Notes: generated by a model not told the origin, from the letters alone. A stretch of 64,000 bases of DNA from Trichoplax sp. H2 (GCA_003344405.1 NOWV01000285.1:1-64000), one strand, 5' to 3'; positions 21,301 through 37,300 are shown, counted from the stretch's first letter. Translations and numbers: made by a program.

Positions 21301-24300
21301 TTTAACTTTAAAAATACTAAAATAAAGACATTTTCCATTATCATTGTTAAAATTAATTAGCATTAAAAATTTTACCGGAACTACTAACGTGCGACCGGCA
21401 ATTGATTTATTTTCTGCAATGTTTTTAAAAAATTAAAAATGATACCATAAAGCAGCTGCAAATATAGTCAAATCTCTCATAATACGATTGCTATATGAAA
21501 TATCAATATCTTAACCAGGCATACTATTGATTGAAAGTATAGTAGTAATTATTGAAGAAGGAGGCGCTATGGCAGTTTAAGTAGGAAACTAACCATACGT
21601 AGTAAAATCGTCGTTAGCAGGTGAAAATTACTAGTTGTGATAGCTTATAGTATCCCCAATATGTACAATGCAACAGTGTTACCATGCATTGACTAATATT
21701 AATTCACTCTGTTCGCCACTATCATAGAAGTATCCAAAGTTCAGAAATTTTACCTATTAGGGTCTAATGCACGTTTCAAAATAATATTACTATGGCTAAA
21801 ACTAAACTCAAAAGAATATATTAAAATTTTTCTAGTACAGTAGGGTAAATAAACAATACATAAATGACTATACTAATCGAAGACATGCAGTACATCAAAT
21901 TAAGATTATGCAAGTAAAAACTCTTTATGCTCTTTTATCATGTCGCTACTTTCATTGACATGTTACTTTACAGAAAATAAATTAATTAAGCACTGTCCTT
22001 TGCTTAGGCTATAGATGTGTATTTGCATTAATGTCTTTAAAATTTAATCAACATTTAATTATCACATTAATTTTCTAGCATACGTAGCATGATTAAGACT
22101 TATTATGGAAATATTTATCATAAGAGTACTATAGCTATAACGCGTTTCTCCAAGGTAAATGTTAACTGATAGTACCTCTGAATTTTCATTATTCTTCATA
22201 TAAGAATATGTATTAATGATGTTAAAACTTAATCGGTAATTAGTTAACCTGTCAATTTTTTAATAGCTTAGTTTAGAATTATTTCGGAAATAATTAATAG
22301 ACTGATATTAGAAATGATAACATGAATCTCTAGGGCAACAATTTGCTGCTGTGCCATCAGAATAACTTCTAACTTGTAATCATGATTATTTGAAATCAAT
22401 TTTCTCTAACAAAGAAAGCAACAACCCAATTTCAAGACGTTACAATGGAAATTGTAACAAAATATCATCTTTCTAATTGTATCCGTCTGTATAGATAATT
22501 ATCTTATTAGGGCATAACTCTGGTAATCAAGAGATAGGCTTATCATAAATTACCAAAAATGCTATCAGTCTTTTATGATGGCTACCAGCTGGATTATGAC
22601 ACACGTATTTTCACGCTCTTATTCAATTTTGATTAACTGTACTAATACAAAGTGTATTACATTTAAGTCTTTGTAAGTTTAAGGAAAATAATTCATACTA
22701 TGCTGTACACAAATCGAGTTCCCAATAATTAATTTATGACTATCCACACCAAAAGCGTAACACGATTATTTTATGCGTTTACTAATTATTCAACTCTGCC
22801 AAGCTAGATAATTAATGTATCCGTTAATATTTTTGTTTTTTGGAAGATCATTTCAATTTAAATCTGAAAAATAAAACATTACCTACTAATGACTGTTTTT
22901 TTTCTACTTAATTCATCAGTTACATCAATTATTATGACGCAAAATAACATAATTTTATTTTAATAACGTAATAGAGATTAAAGTTACCGATAGATTATAA
23001 TTTAGAATCTACTGTAGCGTTATATACAACGATTTCATAGCATACATAGTAACGATATAAATTTTAAGGATGTTTTAATATTACAGTATCAGGATAGGGC
23101 TTACAATATGTTTTAATTGGAAAATATCTCACGACACGAAGTAGGTAAAGTCTCCAACATTACTAAATTTTCAAAGTTAATATGGCATCCTAACCATTAT
23201 ACTCGATAAAAATACAATCTAACCTATGATCCTTATTTCTTCTATTTATCGACGATAAAGGTAAATAATCAGTAAAATTATCGTAGCCTTACAGTCAGGA
23301 ATTAAGCGGACAAAATACGCTAATTCTTAAGTCCTAAATGCCGTTAATATCTATTGTAGCCACATATACCCCAAGTCTACTTTTGATCAGATTTCTATAA
23401 CTACGAGCAATGATAGTGTATTGTTGTCATCAGCTAGTACGATGCATCAACTGTGTATTTACATTTACGTAAATTAACGCTAATGACCTGATCATGAAAT
23501 TATATTGTGTACAAATATTTATTAATACCTAATATGATTCATACAGATTTGAAATTAACAAAGAGATCGGAATCTATGCAAACAATAATCCTTTATTCGT
23601 AGATATATTACTCTGTTATGTTATGTTTCCTTTTACACGTATTTCTTTAACAATTATCACGTCTTTAATATAAGAAAAACTAGTACAAACTCACGTCGCT
23701 TTGCTGACGGTTTACGATAACGTACCCATTTGTTAATAATTAACAGATAGTATTACCATTCCATATTATATATATATCCCGGTAATAGCCAGGCACTACT
23801 ATATTCACAACTACGCTTGTAGAATACTACTTTTCAATAATGCATTCACGGATGAAATACTATGAAATGTTACATTAAGATTAATTTTAATGGTCCAAAG
23901 CACATTATGATAACTAATGTACGGTGATGGACATACCAAGTTAAGATTAGCAGGTACTGCAAGATATCTACAGTGCGGTTCAATGTCCTTAGTACTGTGG
24001 TCAATTCTATACCAATCATTGTAATGTGTCTAAGGATCGCTTGCGTATGCAAGCAAAGCTTGCTCTGTCGATAACAACCGTTATAAGAAAATGTAACAAT
24101 CAAAATGGCTGTGTAGAAAACTCTATAAAGATTCTATGTTTATTTAATTTTCATCTGAGTATTACATCAAATCAAAATTGAAAGGCCCAGTGGCCGCCCT
24201 TAGCGATCTAACGAATACCATTTTAAAAATCAGTACTCTGTAGAAATTACTACCTTAGAGCTATTCGTTTTACAAGAAGAAATCTTGAGGTAAAAAGTAC

Positions 24301-24573
24301 TGTAAGAATCTTATACTGACCTATTGAAATTAATTAAGACCATAAGGCTATAGGAAAGTTGTTTAAATTGCATGCTAGACTGTTAGATTATACAAGTGTC
24401 GAAATGTTTGCATTACTTATTTAGATAATTCTGTTGAGATATTTATAAACTATGGTAAGAATGTTAGTACTGTCACCATTATATTGTTAAGATGTTTAAA
24501 ATAGAGGCGTGAATAATAAATAGCTCGCGCGATTATAAACTGTTATCTTGCGATTTAATTGGCAAGATATGAC

Positions 24574-24761
24574 TGTAATGTGTAAAATTTATCCTGTAAC
24601 AAAGGGTATATATAAAACACGAGCTTTCGCTGTAATGAGATTGTCCACATATTCTAGAATTAGTCCTCGGTGAATAAAACGAACCGATTTAGGTCATGAA
24701 GTGAACCTTACAAGAAACTGTAGTTCTTGTTGTTATACTTTTGAGGAGACACTTTATCACA
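24574..24761 (+). mobile_element. Short solo LTR (188 bp)
   Basis: TGTAAT...ATCACA termini, exact 5-bp TSD ATGAC (24569-24573 / 24762-24766), TATATATAAAA at ~24607 and AATAAA at 24673. Confidence 0.65.
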
Positions 24762-27700
24762 ATGACCTACGATTAACCACGGCTCTAAATTTATCATCTA
24801 GTGCTTAGAATAGTTAATGTTGGAATAATAAAGATACTTTGTCTTCTAGAGCATAAATTTAACTAACATAATCACCATTCAATCAGTGAGCATGAATATC
24901 TAATAGATCAATAGATAAATAAAATAAAATAACTTGCTTTATCTATATTATCTCATGGAATAAACTACCGTAAAGGATAGATAGTCAAATTTGATGAATT
25001 TAAAAGTCTTTTTTGGTAATTAAAATTAAATGCCTACAGTAGGAATCACTATTGCTTTAATTTGCTATCGTAAATTATATGTTCTACTAAAATAAGAATT
25101 CTAATTGAGCTTAGTTGATTATAGTACGATCCCTTGTAATCGTAATCTTGATTGATAGTAGATTATAGGTTATGCTATAAATGATTCTATGATGTGCATA
25201 CTTGTATTCTGGTTATCTGAAATGAGTCAGTAGATGCTCATATATGTAAATATTGTATATACAATTATAAATATATATGTATAACTATTGTATAGATTTA
25301 ATTATTGAGCAACAATTATTCGATTGAAAGTTAGGATGAATCACCAAAGTTATCACTTGTAGCCGTTGCTGCTGAAGAGTACCGTATGTAAGCTCAGCAG
25401 ATTGTTTGATTAAAATCAGTTCTCTAGTTTTGAATCATAAAAGTAAAGCGTCAAAGTTCCGAGAATGCCTGAAACTCAAAGATTTGTTTTCTATGAACTT
25501 TGTTACGGAACTGGCGTATAACAATTATGCTTGAATTTATGTAATAGTATTTCAATAATACAGTATCTTCAAGACCTATATGACGTTTAGAAATGTTAGC
25601 CATATGCTTAATTACCGTAATTTTCATTAAATTAATAAATAACTGTAAATTTTATAGAAGTTTCAAAAATTTCATGAAATTAGTATCAATGAATCAAAGG
25701 GGAGTAATCGTCATACTACTATTATTATCTCTAAATTCTCACGTAAGTCCTTTAAAGGAGCCCTTTATGTATTTAGGTGCTGCAGTTGAATAAAGGGGAC
25801 CTCATGGAGGATTAATCACTTTGCATAGAAATCAGATTTAATTAAGCAAGATTTTGAAATATCGCCATATTGTCTACATATCCATTAAATTTTATAATAA
25901 ATACGCATAATATCGTATTAACATCAAAATAGAGTTAAATGATGCAAATATCGATCTTTGAAGAATCTGCTAGTATAGTTATTTAATTTTATTAGTGGCT
26001 TAAATTAATAGATATAACTTTTCGTGGATTATTAATGTAACTTACTCAAGGGGTTGTGCTAGTTATAAACTTATAATTGGCAGAATTATAACACTGACGT
26101 CAAAAGTACCCCTGGAAACAAGTTGTTTGTAAGTATTTATGATTCACCTTCATTGATATGATTTCAATCTATTTACTAGAACGGCCTTATCAAACGATCA
26201 TTCTCAAATATTCTTATCTGTTAATCAGCTATAATCGCAGGATTTTTCTGTAACTTATGATAGTTCAGGCTAACAATCAGATTCAATTTTGTTTCTTTCA
26301 TCGATAAATTGGGCATGTAATTTGACAAAAGATTTAATTAATTTATGCTGTTTACGTGCAATTTCTGTATTATATTTAATCTTTTTGGCGTCGGACTAAT
26401 GAAATTAGATAGGGATAGAATGAATGGAGTTAATTGCAAGATGAGCATAAGAGTATAGGTTTTATTTCTATACATAGTAATTACATCCGAATACCATCTT
26501 GATTTATCTTTCTTCCTGCCTAATGCAGAATACTAGTGGTAAATAATAATTTATAGTGGGATAAACACTTAAAAAATCCATCTGATCAATTAGCTTATCA
26601 TAGTCACATTATATTACTTGCTGCACGGTTGCATAATCTCAGTGGCTATTACTGAATATGGCACATTACCAAAATTGATCCATATCAAGGATTGCCTAAA
26701 CATCTTTTCCGTCTAAATTCTATTCATAAAGAAAAATGCTTCTATTCCATTTAGCTTAAGAATAAATAATTTCTTTCAATACCAATCAAAGTCAATTACC
26801 TATATCAATAATGACTTTACATATTTCATCATTCATGGGTACAAATTTTAATAACATTATCCAAATTATAGAATAGAATAATTAGTGCATGTTTATTTCC
26901 TTTTAAAAACGTAAATTTGACGAATAAATAATCATATTAATCAGTCTGTTTATACAATGTGAACAAAACGATACGACGTGTATTTTAGTTTTGATTAGAT
27001 TTTACTGAGAATAAACTTTAAAGTACAGTATAATGTCTACGTTATTAAATTAAAAACTTTAAAATCAATCAGAAATTTCATTAATCGACATATCGGTAGA
27101 CTTAGCAAATGCAGTAAACCTATGAAAGTATTTTCAGTAATAGAATTTGCTGTAAATACGCATAGGATACCGCATTTTAAAGTTATTTGCCAGAGCGACA
27201 GTTTTTTATGTCGGAATACTGGTATTAAGCTACCATTAACTTCTCAATAATTCTATATGCTCATACAGCTGCATAGTGTGAATATTATCTGCCTAGGATA
27301 AGAAAGAATATTATATCTGTTATAAATTTATCAGTCGAAACTTCTGTATCTATATTTGCAATATTATAAGGCTTAATAGAAAAAGCATTGATATTCATAG
27401 ATAGTTATTGTAGTAATTAATCATAATGCTACTACGTTTCCGTAAGATCTTAAACTTTGCTGCTAAATAATAAACATACTAAATAATAAATATGTTTCTG
27501 TAGAAACCATGACAATTTTATGATATAGCTTATTGTAGGATTAATTTACTCAGTAGATTCTTGTTTAAAACATTGACGAGAGATAATAAAAATTACCGTC
27601 ACCCTTATGGTAATCTCATCGCAAAATACTCTAGCTATAACATGCCATATGGCTTTAGAGGTAATTTCATTAGTATTAAACTAGACCATAAGAATACCAT

Positions 27701-29112
27701 ATACGTTTGCGTTAGATTGCTTTAGTAAATCATAGTAAGATGAATGATTATAGTTATATGAACAATTAAGTAAAGTGTATTACAAAAGTCTCAATCCATT
27801 AATAATTGTATCATACATTACTCAGTATGGATTCTACATGATATTGCATTATGATGATAGGAGTCAAAGTGGGACTAACATGGAAGCTAAAGTGGCTTTA
27901 TTTGCTCTTACGAAGGTAGCGATTATGCGTAGTCCCACATGATGACTCTCATGCGATAAGTAAAATTTCATCAGATTGTTTAATTAATTTTTCTACGCCA
28001 GTATCGCCCTACACTATTTTTATCACAAATGCAATCATAATCTAAAATTATCCATATGTCAGTCCTCCACACTCAAAATAAATACTGGTAATGTTATTGT
28101 GCTGAGAAGGCAGACAATAATGAGATATACTTAATTCTTACTTTATAACATATAAAAATGTAAATTCTAAATCCTACGATAATTGAAATTAATTTAATAA
28201 TCTTTTCACATTGTCTACTTGTTTAAATGCCATACGCAATGCTAAATGACTTGAATATATAAACATGTTATGATATTTATTGTTGGTTTGATATTGTCCT
28301 GTACTGTAATTTATTCTGAGGTTGATACTGACCATGAATTAAGAGATTCTAGTGCACTACTATAGGCTCAGAATATCATATGCTTCGATATGTACATGAA
28401 AATGTTATTTTACTTTCTTATGTTCTTTTAGACATATTGTACATGGCTTTCCTTTGGTCATATCAGTTAACATTCAAACGAAGAGACGAAAGTTATATGA
28501 AAGCTAACGATTCTATACTTGCTTTATAGTTCAAATGATTCATCTATAGGTTGTTATTTATCTTACTTTAAATTAGTCAAAGATTATACTGTACACCCTA
28601 CCTTTTTGTCGCATTTTTTACACAATTGCTGTAAGAAAAAGATAGACTGCCAGAATAGATCACATCAGTTTCAAATTCATCACCAACAGCATTTTATCTC
28701 TTAGTGATTAGGTTTGCAAACCTTGATCAACAGCCGAGTAAGTCAGGAAATAATTAGTCAGACGTATGATGATACAAAATCATATGAAGGGGAAATCTGA
28801 GTTGTGGTTTCAATCTTTATTAGCTATCGTATAATTTATAATTTATATTCACGACTATATGAACTGTTGACCTTCGCAGCACTTAGATCAGGCTATTGAA
28901 GGAATACAAGATCATCCCTATCTGATTTCGTACATTAATTAATTGGCAATTGCACATATTGTAGTTATACAAGTACTTAACCGATACGCAAATTCCGATA
29001 TTCTTTAAGTTATCAAATTAGTCCTGTAGTTATATGATAATTCTTTTTAAGAAACATTTCCTGCAGCTGTAGTAATCATAATCACATCATCAGGAAATTT
29101 AGATTTAATAAC

Positions 29113-29496
29113 TGTTATGGAGCTTGATGCTCCATGATAAGTGGCTAGTAGTAAAGTTGCTAATGAGAATGACTGTAAAGATTATAATTAATCTCGCAAT
29201 ATATAATTTAATGTGATAGATTAGCACCGGAGTATTTGTGTGACATAGGAGATTGTATATAAGCCTGATTATTAATTTTTAATCTCAGTTCTACTGAGGC
29301 TACGCTAGAGTACACTGGTACTAAGTTGTAATAGTTATTAATAAAATATTTAATGACCTAAATTTGTCGTTGGACTCGTTTTCTATAGTATAGGAATAAG
29401 TTAGTTTTCCTTTACTGAGGATCTCCGGAGTTAGTCTAGGAACCTTAAGAGTAGATAGTTTAGTTCAGGAACGATCACGAAAGCTGTTTTGTGACA
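29113..29496 (+). mobile_element. Solo LTR (384 bp)
   Basis: TGTTAT...GTGACA termini, exact TSD ATAAC (29108-29112 / 29497-29501), TATATAAG at ~29256 and AATAAA at ~29340. The 3' half is homologous to 51190-51345. Confidence 0.75.
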
Positions 29497-32400
29497 ATAA
29501 CTAAAAGTTTTGCCAACTTCGTCCTCGGTATACTGCATGCATGATCGAAACTATCAATAGCCAGTTTTATAATGAATTCAACTATAGTACGATCGTGTGT
29601 AACATTGCATAAATATTGTGTAATAACTAGAGTATATCCAGTTGGCTGTGGATATTCCTTACAGCTACATCAATGAGTGACCGTCCGGAATCGTAAATCA
29701 GGACGAAGTGCATTAAATATCAATTCAAAATTTTTCTGTTATTAGCATATTTGTAACTTCCTAAATGTTGACTTGCCAAGGTATTGACTATGTTGTTATT
29801 AATAAGATCTTAATCTAGGACTAACTAGCAAATGATCAGTTCACGACTAATCGTGGCAAAAAGAGGAAAATTTTTATTAATACAACTGTAATTAGATAGA
29901 TTTATTATATTACGATGATAAAGATCAGTAGAAGTAATTGAGATTAGAACTTGGAAACAAGGTGGTCATAACAATATTGCATTGAAATTATTTAATTGAT
30001 GATAACAGTGAAACTAACTTTATGATTATTAGCATCAATAATTGTAATATATAGAATAAATTGAACGTCAAGTTAGTAAAATTTATTGTACACGAGTACA
30101 ATAAAAATTAAGAGGTAACGATAACAATTTTTCATAAAATAATAGTTCAATATCCAAATATACTATGATACTTAATAGATGATAACTTCTAAGCTCAAAA
30201 AATACAACGCTATACCTTAATATAACAATCATAAAATGGTCTTTTTGACATCTGAATCAATCCGAAAAAACAGCCAACAATAATGATAAAAATAAAACCG
30301 GATAATTTTACTATTATCATCGACGTTGTACAATACGCATTATCCATCCTATTTTCACCGAGCGGTCAGAGTTAATATGACTACTGATCGTTGTTTCAAC
30401 TTTGTCTTTTGCACTACCATCATCAACGAATATCAGGTGATGCGAATAAAAACATTTCCATTCAATCGAGTAAGTCACAATCTAACCATCGACCAACTAT
30501 GCCAATATAACCATGATTATATTGTTGTAACACAAATAGAAGACTTTAACATTAAATAATGGATTGTTATCACTACTCTGACTACGATACTCCTAAGGCC
30601 GCCTTTCTCTAAATAGAATAATATTATTATTGAAATAATAATGGACAATGATTAATATCTGATAGATTCAACGACTTGCAGTTGTTATCGTTGTAATATA
30701 AGATAAGTAATAGCGAGCTAATAAAACGTCGTGATAGCGAATAATTAATAACTGATAACGATAACAATCTAATAATATTAATAATAATATCATAATTAAG
30801 AATGGTGTTAGGAAGAGGAAATACAACATACAGGGTAAAAACTTAGAGGATAAAAGTATACTAAATGTTATTCAAAAATAAGTTCAGTAAATGTTAACAA
30901 GGGACAATAACAAATAAAACAATTTTTCTTCGCCATAGAACAAGGGAAAAATTTTAATTTTATGGTTAACCTTTTTCCTCATTAAGTATATAACTTGCAT
31001 AGAGAATAATAAAATTTATACTTTATCGTATGAAATAACGCTATACTGCAACATTAATAACGATGTGATCTTTCAAGGGAGTAAAACAAGTGAGACACAG
31101 ATCTAATAAAATTTTACATAAGTGACACGGCTTTGATAAGCGGTTAGATAACATACATAATGTTGATAATGAAAGTGCAGAGAATAAAACGTTAATCATA
31201 ATACGAATAATCAGCTTAAATCAATCCTACTCCATATAATATCAAATCTTAAAAAATGAGATCAAAATCGTTCGTATTAGTAAAATATGACGAGTGTTGT
31301 TAACTTAATACACAAGAGATTCATTAAACTGCCATCAATACAGCAATAACAAGTAACAAAATATCAAATTAAAAATTATTCTAAATTGAGGGTTTGAATA
31401 AACGATAAATACCATAGATAGCAATATCAGAATATTGATAATTATAAGTTGATAATACAGAATAGAAATTATTCTTCTTACGAGAATAGAATCTTAATAA
31501 TTATGGTGATACCATCATTGTAGTGTTGTATATTTCAAGTAATTAATAGGAAATTGCCTTTGAAATACAATCATAATTATGTTACTATCGTGACATGAAG
31601 GTTAACCCATATATCCACAATAACACTTCCTATGAATTCGAATAGCCATAATAACTATTTTAGATCAATTACTATCGGTATTAACACAGTAAATTGTTAT
31701 CATAAAATGATATAAACCATATCGATAAAGGAAATAATTATTAGTTAAGACACTTAAATTCCCGTTCTCCAGGGTTACTCGAACATGTTAAATCATATTG
31801 ATTCGTGTACTACTATCATCATCACAAGATCTATAATAGCCAATCTCTTGATACTATCTTAGCGTTGAGATAACTTGATAATATCATTAATAAAATCATG
31901 TTACATAAATCAGCAGCGTATGACGAGTTGGAAAATACCTGCTATGCGAGAAGCATAACCAAAAGCTCAAAAAGGCTTATATAACTCATAAAACACATAA
32001 CAATGAAGCTAAACTTGATAAATAGTATCATGTTAACAGGTAGCTTACTTCAAGAAAACAACGAGCATCTTCATCTTTATAGATTACAGTTGTGATCAGC
32101 GTTACTACAACCGTAATCTAAAATGCTAAAGTTATGCAATGATGACAGTTATAATGGCAGTTTATGGTTATGTAAACGTGATATAAAATAGACTAGTCCT
32201 AATAATTTTGTTCCATATAGAAATTCTCGCAGTTGTGAAATACTCAAATAAGATCAATGTTCATGATGACAATACCATAAAGTGTTATGTAAGATATAAT
32301 GATGTAACACAGGCTTTGGTAAATAGATTTAAATCTTGACACATGGGCTGGTCTTATACGATTAACCGGAAATAAAGTCAATTGTTACTACCGTCAGAAA

Positions 32401-32597
32401 TGATACGCAAATACGTATATATATCAAGTTATAAATGGTAATAACAAGTAAAAAGATTATCGAAATGAATACTTTTCTTAACAAAGCAATAACGATGCCG
32501 ATGCAGTATAATAAGAGGGACGAACTATGATGAATTTTTTTGGAAGGAATAAGAACTAATAAAGTAACATTCATACTACTTCAGTAGTAGCAGCAGC

Positions 32598-32740
32598 AAT
32601 AATAATAATAATAATAATAATAACGATAATAATAACAATAATAATAATGTTAATAATAGTAATGGTGGTTTTAATAACATAATATTAATGTGGATAATAA
32701 TAATTATATCAATAATAATAATAACGATAACAGCAATAAT
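32598..32740. repeat. Degenerate (AAT)n microsatellite
   Basis: Run of AAT/AAC/GAT triplets. Confidence 0.8.
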
Positions 32741-33766
32741 ATTAAACTGTTCTTATAATAATCTGCCAAATATAAATGATTATTAACGATAAAAGTCAAA
32801 TCTAACGTCATGGCCAACGCTAAGAAATTATACAGAAGGAACAAAATAATATAATTGAAAGCTCTAACAGGTAAAATAACATATTAACGGCATGAATAAA
32901 CAATACAGATAATCTGTAATAAAGCAGTGAGTGATTCTAAAATAGCAATCCATATTAAGGTCATACACCTTCTGTTATGAATTATTTTTACAACCTCCTC
33001 TTTAATCCAAAAAATCTATCCTTAACATATAATATTACTGTAAGTTATTTTAATAAAATGTTAATGGATGATAGAATATGATTGATTAATTGATACATAT
33101 AACGTTTGTCTATCTATTTATCTATCTATATGTATTTATATATAATTTATAGAAGTAGACAATATAGAGATTTATTAGTAAACTGAATATGTAAATGATG
33201 AAAAAGTGATATTAAAAAAAGTATAATGCGTTATATGTAATTCATTCATATTATTTGACAGATCAGAGTAGGAGCATTACCTTGTAAACATTTTTTCTAC
33301 GATGAATCAAAAAATGTGTCATTTAGGCAGCGGCCCAGTATTCGCACAAATTTTACGAAGCAAAGCAATAAAGAGATTGTACTTAAAAGTACAGCAACTT
33401 GTGAGATAGGTTTTGACATGATGGTTTCCAAGAATAATAGAATTTGTAATCAATGTGCGGTTTCGCTTCCCCAGTATACCGCAAGGACAAATTATAAATT
33501 AGCGTATGTTCTGCTAGTAGTATAGCGCAGTATAATGGTGTAACAAGAATTAGTAGAATACAATTTAAATCTGGTATACCAATAAGAACATAACGCATCA
33601 AAGCCAACTGTGATAAAACCATTCAGGTTACATTTAACATACAAGTAGTTCCAAAAAAATACCACATTCATCGACAAAGACTACGTCTACACTTTGATTT
33701 TACAGACCATTTAATATCATATTAGCAATAATATGATAACATAATGTGAATAGCATGATATAATAT

Positions 33767-33769
<3 letters not shown>

Positions 33770-33797
<28 letters not shown>
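33770..33797. repeat. (AT)n microsatellite
   Basis: About 14 AT units. Confidence 0.9.
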
Positions 33798-34314
33798 CTT
33801 GAATTACGACGTTTCAGATGCATACTTTGATCATAAATGTTTCAATATCTCTATGACTTTTTAAAACCATCAATTCATAAATATAAAATTGTCTTGCTTC
33901 GGCACTTCAGGACGCAATACAATAATTCTTATTTCGTCGTACTTTGAGTAATAAGATCTCTTCTTAATTTATAATAGATCTGCATCTCAATTACAAAATT
34001 TGTATTAATATTTATCTTACTTTTGCTGATAAAAATAATCTTTCTCATCCTTAGTAGATCTTTTCCATGACTGTTGTCGGCTACTTGATAAAAAAAATGT
34101 TAGCCATATTCTTGATAAACTCCTACTCTTTAATCATTGTGCAAACAATTAAGTGTTGACCCAACGGACCATTGATTACATAACTACTGACAAATACGTA
34201 ATATAGTAAAATAAGTTCATACATAAAAAAGAACATGATCTTGCTCTCTCTCTAGTTTTTACTATTTTGGACTACTTCAGTTCCATATCCTTCCATAATT
34301 AAATGTTGATCGAC

Positions 34315-37300
34315 TTAAGACAATAGGTGAAGCACTTGGGAAATTTTTGATGCACAAGCAGGGCAACGATCATCATCATCTACAGCTTTCAATGCACAGT
34401 CCATACAATACAAGTTATGACCACAGGGTACAAAAGCAGCTTTGATTTCACTTTTTCTGCAAACAGCGCACTCTTTGTAACTGCGTTGACTGCGCGTATG
34501 AGCAAGTTGCATATGTACGTTCTGTGAAGCGCTACTACTTTTTAACGAATTCTCATAGATAGGATGAGATGTGGATGTTAAAGGATTTGTTAAAGGATCA
34601 CTTCGTAGGCGCCTAGCACTTTGATGTTGATTACCAGTAGCTCCTGGATTGCCTAAAGGATCAACTTGCAGTGGATTTCGCCTCGGATTATGGCTGCTAC
34701 TGGGAAGTCCATTCAAACTACTCGTGCGTTTAGCTGCAATTCGGTTATATCTTACTTTTTCATTACCCCACAGATTCGGTGATTGGAGCTGTGGTGATCG
34801 AGTAGGCGTTGGTGAATCGATACCTAGATCATGATCTGAATCATTAAAATTGTAAGCGTTGTGATTATTGGTGTAATCTGAACCAACTTTGTTGCTAGGT
34901 CCACCATTAGAAACGCTAGAAAAGAAAAATGTATCAGTATTGGAAGCAGATGGTCTTCCAAATCCGGGGAAAGGTGATGAATTGCTCTGAAATAGCGCAG
35001 TCTGTGAAGGATATTCGGAACTCGATTGATAATCAGAGTCATCACCGTTAGTGTCAACAGTCCCTCCAGTTCTTGTAGCTATATGACCTTCGATCTCTTC
35101 TCTTGCTCTTTCCACGTTATCTTGTAAACCAGTTACTTCAAAGATTGGTTCTTTATCTCTTGATGGAGTTACAATGTAAGTATTAGTTTGTTGTTGAATT
35201 CTCTTAATAGTTGCACCTTTTGGCCCAACAACTAAACCAACCACACGATAAGGTACACGAACTTTAATTGTTACATGGCCAGGAGCATTAGGTGATGGAG
35301 GTCCATGGCTTGTGTTTCCTATACTACTGGTTACTACGTTACCAGTTGCAGCATTAGCTTTACGAGCTGCACGTATTTGCGAAAAGTGTTCAGCAGCGGA
35401 CTGAATCTCTCGTTTGGCAGCTACAACATCTTCCCGTCGTCCAGTGACTACAAATACAGGTTGTTCTCCGCGAACTGGGGTTTTAATATATGTATTTGTT
35501 TTAGCACGTAAGGCCTTAATTTTGCACCCTAAATAGATTATAATTCGTATTACATTATTACGGCGTATTAGAAGCTAAAATAATCAATCATGGGACCTTA
35601 AAAAGTATTTAAAATTTACACTCTTGAGTCATAGACTTAGTAGTAAGCAAGGATACTCCTATACCAAGTCAGGTCATACATACATAAATATCTATATTGT
35701 GCGATTATATTATAAACTGAAAATATCTCTACTTTTTTATTTTTCAAATATATTGCAGTTAGTAAGTAGTTACTTTATCTGCAGAGTGTACGAGTAATAC
35801 TATGTACAGTACTACATAGTAAAATTTTCGGTAAGCATAAACTACTGTATTCTCAAATGTGGAACAAATTAAGCTAGTAGATAGTGAATAAATAAATGTT
35901 TATTGTCCAATGAGTAAACACCCCAATTTTAAGTGGTCGATGATGCAATGTTGGAATATTATAACACAATTAATTAATCAACTAAAAATTGAGAACGGTT
36001 GTTGTAACTCGATCGCAAGAAAGCATCTAATGAAATAAGGTTAGCAGCAGTCGAAGGGCATTGTACAATGTACAGTACAGTATACGGATATGTTCGATAT
36101 CGTGATGTACTGTCGGCATAATATGTCAATATATGATTTTATTATGGCTAATAATGGTGTGTTCTAGAAATGTCACAATATGGAAATCAACAAAGGTGAT
36201 ATATAATTTGTGTCATCCACAGATAGTTGAGCTTAACCGTAAGCATACGTATACTATTACAGTACATAGTTCAGTGGTCAACAGTACTTCATACAGCAAA
36301 ATAAATAGTTACAGTATGAAATTTGGACTCGATACTATGAAGCAGTTTTAAACCGACAGTAAAAATATTTAACTGGTAAACATGTCATGAAAGCGTTTCA
36401 CGTCTGTTACTCAAGCATCATTTTTAAATGCGAACAATAAAGCTCCCAGCCTCCCATACTGCATAATGTCACTTAAATTATATACAGTGATGATCTTTGA
36501 CATCAATTTTATCGCAGTTGTCAGAGATCGAACGATTTCTGACAGTTTAAATCATAATCAACTCTTATAAACAAAATATTCACGCTCGGTGCATAGTGCA
36601 TACTGTACGACACTCTTAAATTATAGTACTGTACAGTACAGTCAAAGTTAGTACGGCGAAGCGTATGGATCGAGGTTTTCACGGTCTGATCTAGTTACGG
36701 ACCCATGGGGGTACAGTACTGGAACACAAATAACACGTGCGCACTTGGCAACCATGTACTGTACTGTACACTTGTGCTTGTACGCTGTGACAGCATTTTT
36801 ACGTACAGTACCATGACTATGTTTTGTTTACCACAGACTGTACTGTACAGTACTGTACCTTCTTACGGTTATCGCTAGTTATAGTATTACTGATTTACTG
36901 TACAGTAGTGTACTGTACCATACTGGCTTTTTCCTTGACTACTTCAATGTACCGTACAGACGGTTCTGTAAAATCGTATAGACACCATAGCATGGCCATA
37001 GACAGCACGACGCACTCAGTGACTTGATCCATGCAAAGGAGAAAACGACCGTACTTGCGCTACTGTATTAATGTACTAAGCGAAAAGTTCACGGCAGTAC
37101 AATCTCTACCACTACTAACGTGGATACTAGTAATTGTACTGTACTGTGCTGTACAGTATGGTTGTAGCGATTCTAGTACTGTAAACAGACAGAACACGAA
37201 TAACAACGTCAAACTTTCATTTTTCAAGTAGTCCCCTTACAAACTACAAACACACAAACAACAACAAATATTTAAAGTGTAACGACTTAAACTTTCAATA

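Noticed and set aside
25335..28740. Scattered plus-strand AG...GT exon-like segments (e.g. DESPKLSLVAVAAEEYR)
   Set aside because: They could not be chained into a coherent or recognisable protein; RNA-seq is needed.
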